Source: Mantamonas sphyraenae STR306
Taxonomy: Eukaryota; Protista; CRuMs
Assembly: GCA_026936335.1 (NCBI GenBank)
Contig: JAPMXV010000008.1
Coordinates: 1 to 64,000 of the forward strand
DNA: 64,000 bases
Direction of reading: 5' to 3'
Positions 10,519 to 25,500 of the stretch are shown here, in pieces; position 1 is the stretch's first letter, and every line of letters begins with the position of its first letter. The translations under genes were made by a program, and so were the position numbers. The notes below the pieces were generated by a model. It saw nothing but the letters and a program-made list of their open reading frames with translations. It was not told the origin of the DNA and did not search any database.

Positions 10519-13500
10519 TCACGCGTGCACTGCTCCCTCCCTCACGACAAACTCCTCTACCTGCCCGCTCCATCGCTCCTGCCCGTCCACGTGTCCCGCG
10601 CCAATCACAACTGTGGCCTTGCCCACGCTTGCCTTCTCCGAAAACGCCACGGGCCACGCGCCCACCTGCTTGCCGTCCACCTCCACGCTCATCACACCCT
10701 TGCTTCCTTCACTTGGCACATACACCACGCGAAGCGTGTACTCCGCTTGCTTCTTCAGCGTCACGCCCGTCATCACGTACTGGCCCTTTGTACGCTGGCC
10801 GCACTGCATGCCGACCGCCATGTGGCCTCGATAGAAGCCCATGAACGGCCCTCCACAGCCACCCAGCGTAAACAGCGACTCCCATCCAGCAACGCCAAAC
10901 GCTCGCCCTGTCTTGACCTTCACGTCCACCGTAAAGCCGTACTCCAGCACCAGGCCCTTCATCGACACTGCGTCGCGAGCTGCCTTGAACAGACCACTCG
11001 TGTCCAGCCCCTTGGCAAGTGCAAATCCGTTGCCGTGCGTCTTCAACTGCACGCCGGGCCACACCGATGCACCGCTTGCCGCGTTGGTTTCCTCCTTTCC
11101 TCCCTTCCATGCCACTGCACTGCCCACGTCGTGACCATTCACTTGCGCCCATGCCTTCTGCGCCACAGTCGAACCAGCGATACGAAGCTGCACGCGCGCC
11201 CCTTCACCAGGCGCACGTCCTTCACAGCCGCTCCGTTCACCAACACCTGGCCACCTGCGTTCACACGCACGCCCAACGCGCCCTTTGACACAATGGTCTC
11301 GGCACCCGACCATTTCAGGTCGCTTTCCACCGTTTCGCCGTACGCACTCGCACGTGCGTCAGCCACCAGCACGGGTGTGTGCACTCCCGACCAAAGCGAC
11401 GCCTTGTTCACATGCACGCCCGCGCTGCCCACTGTGACGGCACTCAGCGCAGCCTTGCCGGTCAGCTCCACATCGCTCACGCCGCGTCGCACACCGTTCA
11501 CAAAAACGTGTGCCTTGCCACCTGCAAACACCACGCTCAGCTCGTAGCGACTCTTGGTGCGCAGCTGCACATCCGTCGTTGCCACCTTGCCGCACGCAAT
11601 GCCCACAACCACTGCGCCATCGTGCATCGCCACCATCGCTCCACCACATCCATACGCCACAAGGTTCGCCTTGCCCTTCACAGACGCACCCGTGGTCACG
11701 TCCACACTCACAGTCACGCCCTGCTTGCGCACCGCATCCCACTCCACAGTATCCACGTTGGCTCCGCCCAGCTCGGCCCCAGGCCCTTCCGCAGGCACGC
11801 GCAGTCCGACCTTGGCTTCCTTTGGCGCCTTGCCCTTGCAGCGCAGTGCCTCTCGGCCGTCCATGTACACAACCACGTCTCCGCCTGCGCCATACAGCGC
11901 ATCCACACGCACGGGCGCAGCAGCCACAAGTTGCAGCTGTCCAGCCTTGCCGTTGCATCCAGGCACAGGCCAGCTCTTCTCGCCACGCAAGCCGGTCCAC
12001 GTCGCCGTGGCTCCGCGCTCTCCAGCGTCGCCTGCCTGCTCACGTACGTAAGACACGCCTGCACGCCACGTGGCGCTGTGCACCTGCACCGCCTCGTTCG
12101 CTCCGCTGGCCTTGACACGCGCTCTCGTTGCGTCCAGCGTCTGCGCGAGGTCAAGCACGCTGCTGTGTGCACCGTCCATCTCGAGCACAACCTTGCTCTG
12201 GCTCACACTCAGCGACAGCGTCACACGAGTGTTGGCCAGCACGGGTGCACGCGACGCAATTGTCTTGCCTGCAACACGCACCGCCCACATGCCCTCCTTC
12301 GACACAGTCAAGTCCACAGGCGACTCTTTCATCAGCGACCACGTCTTGGACGCCGCCGCGATGTCACGCACAGTCACATCCACCTCCAGCTCGCTACCAA
12401 AGCGAGCATCCACCAGACTGTCCAGCGTGCGCACCGCCTCCAACTTCTGGTTGGGCCACACGGGCGACAGCACCACACCGCGCGCGTATGTCAACGAGTA
12501 CACATGCCCGTGGAACAGCTCACGGCCGTCCAAGTGCCCTGCACCCACAACTGCGTCGCGGCCCTTGTGCTGACGCACCCACGCGCCAAAGTCCTTCTCC
12601 ACACGACGGTACACTTCGTCGCCATTGACAAGCACCAGCAGCAGACCCGTGCGAGCGTACCACACCGCACGAAGCTCGGCGCGAGTGCCCGGACGCATCG
12701 TCACGCCCGTCGACACCATGCGCTTGCACTGCACGCCAAAGCGCACGTCCATGTTGTACACGCCAAACATGGGGCTGTTGCAATCGAAGCTGCCCACACT
12801 CTGCCACCTGTGGCTGCGCATCGGCATGCGCACGTCCGCCACAACCGTGAATCCTTCGTCGGAGCCGCACACCTCCGCCACACTCAGCGCCGTGCGCCTC
12901 TTCTCCATTACCGCGGCTGTCTTGGCTCCCTTCAAGTGCACAAAGCGTTCGCCTCCGCCAGTCACACCTGCACTCAGCTGCACCTGTGACACACCGGCCA
13001 CCTTGGCTGCATCCAGCCATCCAGAAGACGGCGCTGCAAACTCCAGCTTCTGCGGCGTCTTGGTCACATCCACACCGGACATGCGCATGGTCAGCGTGTT
13101 GCCAAACAACACTGCTTCCACCACGGCCTCTACACCCTTGGGGACCACCAGATGTGTTGCCACGCGGCCTCCGCCGCGCACTCCCACCGACAGGCCCGGC
13201 GCCTCCGTAGGTCCACTCTCCATGTACGGCATTCCTTCCGAACCCACAATGCGCACCGCTTCACCGCCACGCACGCGTGCACGCAGCACAAAGCCCACCG
13301 GGCGGGCACCAAAACGCTCCAGCAGCGACTCTGCCCTGCTTCCGGGCACCAGTGCACGCTGCACCTCAAACGCACGCACGTACGGGTACATGCGCAGCAT
13401 GTGAACCACACCGTGCCACGTCTCGCGCCCGTTTGCATATCCTGCACCCGCCACAACGCGCACGTGTTTGCGCGAGTCAAACTTCACGGCGCGGCACGCC

Positions 13501-16500
13501 ACAAACTTGCCCTGCAAGCGGAAGCAGTACTTGCCTGCGTAGAAACTGACCTGCAGGTGGTAGCGACCACCATATTGCAGCACGGTGCCCGTGTGCGGCG
13601 TCTGTCGCGAATCGCACTGCACACCCACACGAAGCTCGTGCCGCCCACCTCCCATCGTACGCATACCAATCAGAGGCGAGCCGCACTCGCCGCCAAGGAA
13701 CACTTCCCACGCCTCGCTGCCGTCACCCACAGTCACATACGCCTCCACGCTGAATCCGTACGTTGCCGACGCAAGCGCGTGCATGTCCACCTTCTTTGCC
13801 CACTCTCGGATCGCGCCGGCCTTGCTGTTGCTCTCCATCAGCGCATACTCTGTGTGCTCCTTCACCGTCTCTGCGCGCTCGCCTCCGCTCACGCGCACCC
13901 ACGTCACCTTGCCGTCCAGCGAGTGGCCAATCTGCACATCACCGCTGCTGCTTGCGCTCCCTGCTGCAAGGGTGCCCTTCACCACGCCAACCAGCTGCTC
14001 GTTCACAAACACACGCGTGGCGCCGTCGCGGTACGAAAACACCATGCGGTAGCGCGCAAGCGGCTGCAGCACAAAGCCCAGGCTCACTCTGCTTTCCTTC
14101 TTGCAGCTCAGGCCCATGACCACCTCCCCTTCCTTCTCCACGCTCACGTACAGTCCGCCGCATCCACGCGAGTACTGCAGCAGGTATCCCGTCTTGCGCG
14201 TTACCTGCTCGCCCGTGCGCACGTCCATGCTTACAGACATGCCCAGTTTGCTCGCCAGCAGCGTCTTGGTGGACACCCATCCGTCCGTCTTGCCACCTGT
14301 CGCCGAACGCACGACACCGCCGTCGCTGCGCACAGTGCCCTCGTGCAGTGTCCACTCGCTCCACGACACTCGCAAAGGCACGACCAGGCCGCTGCTCACA
14401 TACGCACGCAACACCGCCTTGCCCGTGCTCACCTGCGCATCCTCCAGCGGACTCTTGACACCAACAGACACGCTCTCTCGCAGTTCGTCGTTCACGTACA
14501 CGGCCGCCGTTTGCTGCGCCCCATCCACCAACACATCCAACCACGCTCGTCCTGTCATCACGGGCTCCCGTGTGCACGACTCGCTCTCACGCGCGCCGCG
14601 GACGCACACGTGTCCATGCGACGACGCGCGCACACGCAGACCCTTGCTCTCCACAAACGTACCCTCGCCGCTCACTTCGGCAGACACTGTGAAGCGTGCG
14701 CCAACGCCTGTCACACGCGTTGAGCGTGTCCCAGACGTGCTCAGCTCCTTCTGCACGTGCGCTTCCATCGTCTCCACGCCCGAACGCACAGCCAACGACT
14801 GAATGCGTCCTCGGAACGCGTCGCTTCCCACGTACACGCGCGCCAGCGTACCAGGCACAAGCGCACGCAGATTCAGCGGAGATCCGTGCACGTGGCGAGC
14901 GTTTGCAAACACATGCACACGTGCCGTCGGTTTCGACAGCACCACCTTCAGCGTCACCGTCTCGCCATCCACCTTCCAGCGCATCGCCTCCGATCCAACC
15001 ATCAACTGGCCGTCCTGCAGATACACACGCGGCAATACGCCAGACGGGTCTTCCAGCAGCATCTGGCGACCCTTGGTCACTCCGCTCTCTGCATGCATGC
15101 CCGCAAGCTGCATCTCGATCGTTGCTCCCTCTGGCGCAAATCGCGCTCCCAGGCGCACGTTGCGATACTCCACGCGCTCACGGGCTCCAATCGGTTCCGT
15201 CACGCGCAGCGCCGTCAGCGGAGGCAGAGGGATCTGTTCGCCACTGCCCAGCGACGCCGCAAAGATGTCCCCGCCACGGAATCGCTCTTCGCCCTTCACA
15301 TTGCTTCCAAAGGCAATCTTGTCCAGGCCCGCGCTGGCCTCGTTCAGTCCTTGCAGCTGGATCGACCCGCCAAGCTGTGCGCCGTTCACAAAAACCCGCG
15401 CCACGTCGTCCTTGACCACCACATCCAGCTCAAACGCAATGATGTTTGGCAGGTGGGCATGCAGCACCTCTGGCGCACTCTTGCACTGTGTAAAGACACG
15501 CAGCGTGTGCGCGTAGATGCCCACCGCCAGGCCCTTGCACGGCAGAGACATCAGCGTGTTCCACCCACCGTCTGATGACTTGACAAAGTGGGCGTGGAAC
15601 GTCACCGCCCCGTTGCCCGCCTTGCGCATCGACTCCCACGACGGCATCGCCATCACAGCGTGCTCTCCGTGGCTCAGCTTCTTGCCCAGTGTCACGCCCG
15701 TCCACGCAGGCGCCCTTCGCACGCCTGCAAACAGCTCCACTTGTGTAGCTGCACTCTTCACCTCCACCTTGCCCAGCTGGAAAGTGTGTGGCGTCGCAAC
15801 CACACGCTTCACCGCCACGTTGTCCACCGTGCGCATCTTGCGCCCGTTCAGGAACGATGTCACGGTCGCATGCTTCTTGCTCTGCGGTACCTTTACGTGC
15901 ACTGCCAGCGATTCCTGGACGCCCGCGCGTGCATACACACCCAAGCGCACCAGATCGCTCTCGGCGCCGCACTGCAGGCCAAGCACGTACTCGTTGTCCA
16001 ACACGCCCAGCTGCACCGCGCCACACTCTTCGCCACGCACCACGCTCGCAATGCCCTCCTTCGCGTCCGCCACGACGGTCGCCTCCATGCTCCACCCGCC
16101 CAATGAGCGCGTCAAACGCGCCGTATCGGTTACCACGCTTGCCCCGGACGCCAAAACGCTGTTCTCCACAGTCGTGCTCGACCCTTCTTGAATCTCGACG
16201 CTGTGCAGCGTGCCCAAGAAGCGCTCGCTGTTGCCTTCCAGGCTAGACCCAAGCACCACACGGTCGGCCTGCGTCATGGACGACATCGACAAGCCCTTGG
16301 GCGTCGCAAACGTGTTGCCTGCTCGGCGGTGGTCCACGTACACGGTCCATTCGTTGGCCGCGGCATCGTACGTCAGCGTCATGCGCGTGTTCTTCTTCGG
16401 GTGCACTCCAGTCGCGTGTACCGCACCGCACTGCGTACCCACAACAAGCTCGCCTCGTCGCAGCGCGACCATCAGCGACTTGCACGGGCCGGCAAGCAGC

Positions 16501-19500
16501 ACTTGCCACGCAGGCTGTCCGCCGTCACGCAAACTCAGCGTAAACGTCATCCCAAAGCCAACCTTGCTGCGCAGGATGGCACGCAGCGCATCCCACGCCT
16601 TGCCCTGCAGCGTCTGCACGCCCACTGGGCTCCACGCAAGGCGACGCGATTCCTTGGGCACAATCATGCCCCTGCTCACGCGTCCTTCCTCGACCACACC
16701 TGAAAACTGGCCACCCACAGTGACCGTCTCGCCCGCATGGTGCGCCGCACTGCCCTCGGGCAGCGTGCCCTCGTCCATCAGCCATCCGTTGACAAACCAG
16801 TACACGCGCTGTCCGCCATGCACCACATCCACCTTGGCCACCGTCTTTGCCGCCAGCTTGCCCGCCATGCCGTGCATCACGTTGCCCACCTCCTTCTCCT
16901 TGCACGCCACGCTCACGTACGGCTTGCCACGCACAAATCCGCCCACCAGCGAGCCACATGCACCGCCAAACAGCTTTTCCTTTGCCTTTTCCTCGTTGCC
17001 CATGCGCACAACAAACGTGTACGTAAGGCCCTTGCGCAGCTTGCCGTGCAAAGCCACGCGCAACGACTTGCCTGCGGCCACCCTTGGCACATCCACGTGT
17101 GATTTCTGTTTGCGCACGTACCTGTACCGCGCCTCCATGTGCACCCTGTCCACCTGACCGCTAAACCTGTGCGCTCCGCTGTCCGCGCCCGCGCCGAGCA
17201 GCAGCGTTGTGCCACGCCAGCCACGCACATCAACATGCACGCGCTGCACACGTTCGCTGTTTCCGTCCAACTCCACGTCCACTGCGCCGCCAAAGCCGCG
17301 CAGTGTCACCGTGTGTGTCGTGTCCGGCAGCAGGCGAAGGTGCGGCACCTCGCTCGGTGCACCTCCGGCACACCCATTGCCCACAAGCACCCGGTTGCCA
17401 CGCAGTGCCACAAGCACACCCATGGCGCATCCGGGCACGCCCACAATCGTCTGCACTGCGTCTCCTTTGCATGCGCCGCTCTCGATGCGCACAGACATCG
17501 TCCAGCCGTACACAGAGGACACGGCCGTTTCCAATGCACTCTTCACCTTCAGGTTGCGATACATGCCCGCCTTCTTCAGTGCCTTGCGGACAGTCCATTT
17601 CTCTTTCTGAGGCACGTGTGCGCGCAACGCACCGCCGAGCCACAGCGAGTGGATGGTGCCTCCAAATGCTTGCGTGTCGCTCCCACTGGTGCGTCGCACG
17701 CCGCCCACCACAATGGACTTGTCGCATGCCCACGGCTTTGGCGAAAACCCGCTTGTCTTGCGCCACAACACGCGGCCGTTCAGAGCCAGCGTCACCTGTC
17801 CGCCAAATGCGTCGACTTGCACAAGCACGCGCTTGCCAGCAGGCACAGGCACGCCCTCAAACAGCGCCGCGTCCGACTTGCCGTCGCTCACACGCCACAC
17901 GCCGTTCAACAACAAAAAGTGCGGAAACACGCAACCCGGCCCGCTCAGAAGAAACTGCTCGCCATGCAACTTGCTCGGCACAGTCACGTCTGCAACAATC
18001 GACCATCCCTGCAGTGTGTTCAGGCCGCGCAACAGCAGCGCCACGTTGTTCTGCACATGCCTGTGTTTCAGCGCGCTGCCCTTCTTCACGAACCAAGCTC
18101 CGCGTGCATTGCCCGGCTCAAGCGCACGTGCAAACACGGCAAACTCTTCCACGTCGCCCTGGAACAGCGCGCCCTTCAGGTACGCCTCTCCTCCGCCGAT
18201 TGTGAAGCGCGACGTGTCGCCAAGGCGCAGGTTGAGCACCGTAGTGCCCACCCGTTGCCTGTTCACGTACGCCGTCACGTGTCCTCCGTAATACACAAGG
18301 TCCACAGACACGCGCGCGCCGTGCAAAGACAGCAACTTGCCCATGTCCATGCCCTTCAGCGCACGCACCGTCCCGCATGTGCTGCCAAACTCCATCACGC
18401 CTCTACGCATCTGCACAAGCAAGTTGCCGCACTTTTCGGCGGCGACAACAATCATCGCCTGCTCCTTTGTGTAGCTCGCTTTGTCCTTCGGCAGCGTCAG
18501 GGTCATTTGCACCGTCATGCCATACACGCTTGTCGCCAGCGAGTGCGTGTCCACCTGCGGCGTGCGCGTAGGCGATCCGGACTTGACGCGCTCGTCCAGC
18601 TTCCATGCACTGCCCAGCGGCGGTGAAAACACTCCACGCCACACCTGGCCGCTGTGTACCTGCGACGACACCGACGGCCTGTACGTACTGGTGACAAACT
18701 TCTCCGACAGCACAGACGTGTATCGCAGCTGGTCGTTCACATACACGTACAGCGTGTGGTCCTTGTACACCAGTGTCACAAGTACACGCTGGTCCCATGC
18801 CACACGCGCCCCACTGCTCTTCATCTGCTTGCACGCAACGCCGGCTTCCCACACGCCCTCGGCATTCACGCCCAATGCAAGCGTGCCACACGGTCCTCCC
18901 AACACAGACACGGCGCTGCCCACCATGCCACGTGGCGTCACGTCCACCTCTGCGGTGAAGCCGTACTCTGTGCCCACGTACTTGCTCATCTGCACCGAAC
19001 CCATGCCTGCCTTCAGCACAACCATCGTGTCCGCAGGGCTGTGCTTCCCGTCTGCAAAGTGCACATCCAGCACCTTGCCCGACCACACATGTGCGCCCTG
19101 CGTGTTTGATGCACCCACTACGAGCGTGCCTGTGCGCGCCAGTCCGAGCGTCGACACGGAGAAGCGCGCTTCGGAACGTCCGTCCAGGAACAGCTCGGCC
19201 ACGCCGTTTTGATACACAATCGTCACACGGTACACCGTCGACCCGCGCACATCCACGCCCGACGAAACCATGTCCGAGCACGTCAGTCCAAACGCAAGCG
19301 TGCCCTGCTCGATGCCCATCTGAGGCATGCCGCAGCTCGTGCCGCTAAACACCATCTGCGTGCCCTTGGACACATCGTGGCTGAAGCCCGTGCGCACACG
19401 CACCGTCACCGTGAATCCTTCCACGCCGCCAAAGTACGTGTCCACATCCAGTGCCTTTGCCACGCGGTGGAACTTGCCCGTCGCCACGCTCGTTCCCAAC

Positions 19501-22500
19501 TGCCATGGCACGCAAACGCTCACCTGACACGGTTCACGCTTCTCCGTCTCACCACACGCACGTCCGCCGTGTGCGGCCTCCACCAAAATGCGACGTGTGC
19601 TGATCAGCTCGCCCTTGCCGCAGCTGCGCGAGCACTTTTGCGTCGCCCACTCGCCCATCTTGCAATCTACCGGACACGGCTTCTTGTTGCACACCTCGTT
19701 GCGTACAAGCGCACCGCAGCCTTTGCCGGCGCCCACAGCAGGCACAATCACCTTGCGCACCATGCGCTGCACGCCACCGCCGCACGCTTTGTTGCACTCG
19801 CCTACGGGCTTCCAATGGCTCGCACGGCAGTCTTGCTTGTGCGGCGGATGCACACCGGTGCTCACGCGCACCTGCTCCACCCACGGGTGCATCACCTCGG
19901 TCGCATCGGCACGCAGACGCGCCCATCCGTCCCCAAGGAACACGGCCGCTTGCTTGTGCCCACCCACGTACACCTGCGCCATCCCGTGGGCGTAGGTCAA
20001 CACAATCGTCTTGCGTTGACTCAGTGCACGCACGCCGTTTTCGATGCGCACGCCGGGGCGCCTGCAACGCTTCGTCAGCTCCAATGCGTTGCCCACCACA
20101 TGCACGTCCAACGTGTCGCACGTCGCGCCGTGCATCAGTGTGTGCTTTCCGGCACTCACCGACTTGAGTGTCATGTGCAGCGTGTATCCAGACGGGCTGC
20201 TGGCAAGGGTGTCCAGAGCCACGTGCGTGCGACGCACCCAATCCGTAACACGCTGCTCCGCGTTGTACTCCCACTGGCGCACCGGCACCTCCATGCCCTG
20301 CCTCACACACACGCGTCGCAGCACACCGCCCCAAGGCGACGCTCCTCCGCCCTCTGATCCAAAGATGACGTCCCGCGCATCGCGAGGCAGCTCCAGCAGC
20401 TTTGTGCCCTTCACCCACGCACCCGCCACGCGTCCGCCGTCCACAAACACGGCCATGCGCTGAGCTGCACGGTCAAACACAAACGACAATGTGTACGTGC
20501 GTCGTGCCTGCAGCGCCACGCCCAGATCCTGGATCGCGCCGCAATTGATGCCGGCCACAAGGCGGCCTTCGCGCGTGCCCATAAACACCTGGCCACACCC
20601 TCCGCTCACCACCGTCTGCCATCCACGCATCGTGTTGCCCGTTTTCACAGACGCCGTGATTGTGAAGCCACGCTGGTCGTGCCACAGACCCGTCGAGTCC
20701 ACCTCGTTCCATGTTTTGCGCTGCCCGCACAGTGGGCGCATGGGCGCATGCACTCCTGTTTGGATGTCCGACGAAACCACGCCGCCCTTCCACCTGCCCT
20801 GGCCTCGCTCGTTGCCTGCTCCCACCACCAGATAGTGCGAGTTGTACATCAGCTTGCCAAGGTCCCCAACCTCCTTCTCTCCCACCGGTTCGCCGTCCAC
20901 AAACACACGCAGTGTGCCGCTGGCGTACGTCAAAACAATGTGGGCTCGCGTGTGTGCGCTCAGGCGCGCACGTGTCACAAGGCGCACGCCACGGCAGCGA
21001 ACATCCACGTACAGCTGCATGGCCGCCGTCGTGTACACTTCCAGCGTTCCGCAGTCGCCTCCAAACACAGACTGTGAATCACCTCGTGCTTCGGCAACAT
21101 CCACGAGCGCAGACAAGGTGAACCCACGCGCGCCAAATCCGCGCCAAGGGTACCCTGTCCGCGTCACGCGCACGTACCCACCGCGCTTCAGCGCCTTGGC
21201 CACCAACGGCCAATGGGCATGTGGCACGGCGGCGCCCAACATCAAACGCGCATGAGACACGCTACCGTGCCACTTCCACGACGTGCCCGATGTCCCCGCG
21301 GATCCAAGGAACGGTCGCGACACAGCCGTGCTGGCCGAGCGCTGCCGCAGCGCAGCCACAGCCACGCGTGCACCGTCCACAAACAGCACCGCCTTGGTCT
21401 GGGTCACCTGAAGAGTCAGTTGCACACGCTTGCCCCACGGCACCGCGTACGCAAACATCGTCGCCGACGAGTGGCCCGGCACGTCATACCCGAGTTTGCC
21501 GTGGCGCACATAAAAGTGCGGCACCCCGCGCCCGCCAGCCAGGATCGCCTGGCCCGACAGTGTGCGTCCGGAGAACTGCACTTCCGCCTCAAACGTAAAG
21601 CCTTCGCTCGTGTACGCCGACCAGTCGATCGCAGTGCGCACGTGCAAAGGACGACCCGGACGCGCAGACTCGCCGCGTGGCGTCAGCACTTGCGACACGC
21701 CACCCAAACTCCCGCACGCGGGCTCCACGTCCATCAGGTCGTGCAGAGCACCGCGTGTCAGCTCCTGGCCCGCATACACCTGCAAGCCAGCCACCACGCC
21801 ACGTCCAGAGCCACCCATCACCCACGGCGAAAAGCAACCCAAGGCCTGAGCACCAATGTTGGTCTTGGCGCTGCACACCTCCTTGCCGTTCACGTAACCG
21901 CGTGTACCACGAGGTCCAATCACAACCGCAAGGTGGTGGAACTTCTTTGGCGACAGATGGCCCGTCGAGCATCCCGGTGCAAGCTGCACCTCGCTCCCGC
22001 GCTGGTGGATGTGCACTCCACAGCGCGCCACGAGCGTGCCCTTGTCCACACGTGCCGTCGGTCTGAACCACAGCGCCACGGTGCCCGTGCTCCCTGTCGC
22101 GGCCGTCGTCCACTTGTTCCCCAGCTTTCGGCCCTCGTGGGCACTCGCACAACGGCGCATCAGCGTCGTCGGACTCGCCAGCACGGTCATCTCCAGCACA
22201 GACTCTGCGTCACCTCCGTTCTTGGCCGCCTCCGCCACATACTTGCCTCCGGCCACGCGCACGTTTCGTGCACCGTGGCCCAGACTCAGACGCACGCTCG
22301 ATGGAGACACAACCTCCGCCTCCATCACGCTCGCCTCGCTCGGCGCACCTCCCGTTGCTGCCATCTCCCCCTTGGCCCCTGCACGCACCACGCCGCCTGT
22401 CTTTTCGTCCACAAGCACAAACCGCTTCGACGAATGGCCCACCATCCGCACACGCAGGGCACGCGCTCCGGCAAGTGCCGTCTTTGCAAGCAGACTGCGC

Positions 22501-25500
22501 AGTCGCACGCGCTGTCCGTGACGCAAATCCACAGTGCGCCTGTGCACGCGCAGGGTGTTGGCAGGGTGCAAATGGTCCCTACCGTCGCCCATCATCACGC
22601 CTGCATGGTTGTTTTGCAGCCAGCGCCCTGTGCTCGTCGAGCGCAGGCCAACGTGCTGCACGCCTACGCGTCGCACCTCCACCACAGTGCCCTGTGCGCC
22701 ACACTCGCTCTCGCTCGTGCGCAGTTCCAGACCCTTGTGCAACGCCAGCACCTTGCCGCTCGCAGCCACCAGGCACACCTGGTTCTCCGCCGCTTTGTGC
22801 ACACGCACACGTACCATCGACTGAGGCTCCATCCTGCCCTCCGCATCCTGCTTCACCACCCCGCTCTCGCCCACCACGAAAAAGAGGCCTCCGTGCGACA
22901 GCGCCACTTCATCTCCGTCGAAAAGGGCGTTGAACCAACGCTTGCCTGCCTGGATGCACTTTGCAGCCTCGCCCGTCTCCGCATGGCACACCGCGCCGCG
23001 CTCGCAGTCGCTGCTGCGCATGCACTCGCTTCCCGTGCGGAATCCGGCCTTCGGACGGCACACCTTGGCTTTGCGCGCCTCGCTGCGCCACACGCAACGT
23101 GCGCTTTCGCACATGGCGTTGTTTGTGCACGGGCGCATGTCTGCCTTGGCGCAGCGGTACTCGCCCTTGCTGTGGGGCGACGGCAAGCACCTCGTGCCAC
23201 GCACGCAATGGTGACCCTGTTGCGGGTGGCAGCTGCTCCCTGCCGCAAATCCTCCTTCCGGCAAGCACACGCGGCTCTTCGACGTGGCTCGGTTCGACGC
23301 ACACACAAAGCCCAGACAATCAAGGTCCTTGGAGCAGCTGTCGTATGCCTCCTTGCGCTTGCGGAACATCGACCTGTCACCGCGCACCGCCTTCATCACG
23401 TCGTTGAAGATCAGATGCGCCACGTGGAACACATCCTTCGCGAGGTGTCGCAGACGCACACGGAAAATCTGTTGGTACTGCCACAGACGGTCGCCCATCG
23501 AGATGTCCACGCCTGTGCGGAAGCCCACCGCAGTGTTTGCAATCCCTTCCAGCACTCCCTCGAATTCAAACTTGCGCAGAGCGATCACAGGCAGCGCAAA
23601 CGTCTTCTTCAGCGTCTCCTCAATCTTGCGCTGCAGGCCGTCGATGATCTTCCGCTGCGCAAGAACAGCCGCGCCCGTCGCCATCTTGTGTGCCGTGCGC
23701 GCCGCTTCCTCTGCCTTCCGCTGCGCACGCGCCAGGAATCGGTTCTTGGCGCTTTCCAGATCCCGCACGCGTGCACGCACCCAGTTGCGGAACTCCCTCC
23801 ACAGCGGACCACCCAGTCGCTTCAGCACCTTGATGATCGCTCCACCCACACGTCGTGCCTTCTTGTAGATCTCGCGCGGGTCCAGGGTCTCCTTCACCTT
23901 GCGCACCACCTTGCGCACAGTGCGCCTCACCCATCGCCCAACGGCTCCCCATCGCTCTCCTTCCTCGTCCGCAACCTCCAACAGCCACTTGTTGCGTGTC
24001 TCTTCGTCCACACTCACCAGACGTGCAAGCGCCTCCTTCTGCTCATCGCTCACTGCTCCGGCTCGCTTGGTCTGTCCAAACGCGTTCAGATGCTTCAGCA
24101 CAGCCAGCCGCTCGCCAGAGTCGGCCATCAGCTCCACGTGCTGCGTGTACTTGGCACGGCGCATCGCACGCGTGTGCTTCAGCGCCTCATCAAATGCATC
24201 CCGCATCGCAGGCAGGTGGTAGTGCGTCGCCGCGTGCATCTCTGCCTCGGCGCGGCTCGGGCCCGTGCCTGTTTCTTCGACATCCTCACTCTCTTCGCCC
24301 GTACACGCCCCGCCTGCGTACTCGCGCACCTTGCAAGCCATGCGTGCGTCACGTGCGGTCGCAGCGTATGCACTGTCCAGTCCCAACCCAAGCTCCTTCG
24401 CATACGATACCTCGTCCATCACAGGCGACTCCTCTTCATCCTCCAAGATGCCTCCCACGTCAAACTTCTTGATGAACGCCTTGACGCGCTGGTACGCACG
24501 CTCCGCCTCCTCCTTCAGTCGCCTCACCGTCGCAAGCGTCGCACGGTACACGCGGTCCAGGTTGCGCTTGATCATCTCAATCGTGTGGCGTGCGTTGCTC
24601 AGCATGCGCTTCGCCACTGCCACTGCCTTTTTGATTGCATCCACAAACTTCTGCAGCATGCCTCCGATCGACTGCTGCAGCTTGTCGCGTCCGGCCGTTG
24701 TCACAGCCGCGCGTGCTCGCAAGCTCTTCATCTTCGCCAACTGGCCCTTGCTTTCCACCTGAACGCGAGCCTGCAGCAGGTCAAAGTCAAACACACGCCC
24801 CTCCAGGTCGAACGACACGCCGCTGTCGTCCACAGACAGATGCACGCTTCCACGTACACCCAGCACATCTGCGCGACCGTTCACAAGCAGCGACCCTGCG
24901 CTTCCGTCTCCAGGGCCCACAATCTTCAGCTGCGGGCCTCCGAAGCGGCTGTTGCCTGCCAGGTAAAAGATGCCCTTCTTACCCAGCGCACTCAGCTCGC
25001 CGTGCAGCATCGGCGGACGCACGCCCACCGTCAGAGCGACCTTTTGTCCAAACAGATTCGCTTCCACCATGGCTCGCTTCTCGTTCATGTCGATGCGTGC
25101 CTTGGCGCCTGTCATCAGCATGCTCGCGGCACGCACACGCAGTTCCACGTGGCCGCGCACAAAGAATTGCTTCTTGTCCAGGCGGCCCTCCACTTGGCCT
25201 CGGATGTCCAGGCCAAGTCGCTCGTAGTCAAACAGGTGCACCTGGCCCTCGATGTGCAGTCCCTCCACGTTGCTCGCAAGCACAGATCCGTACACCACCA
25301 CGCGCTTGCCCATCGTCACTCGCAGCAACCCTTGTGTGCGCAGCAGCACCGGCTTGTCCTTCACCAGACGCACCTTGGACGCACCCTCTGCAAGCGCCTC
25401 CAGGTGGAACGGCGCCTTTGGGTTGCCCAATCGTCCGTACAGACGGAATCCGGCTCCAGCCTCGAACCCCTTGGTTGCCATCGCTCCAATGCCCAGCTGA

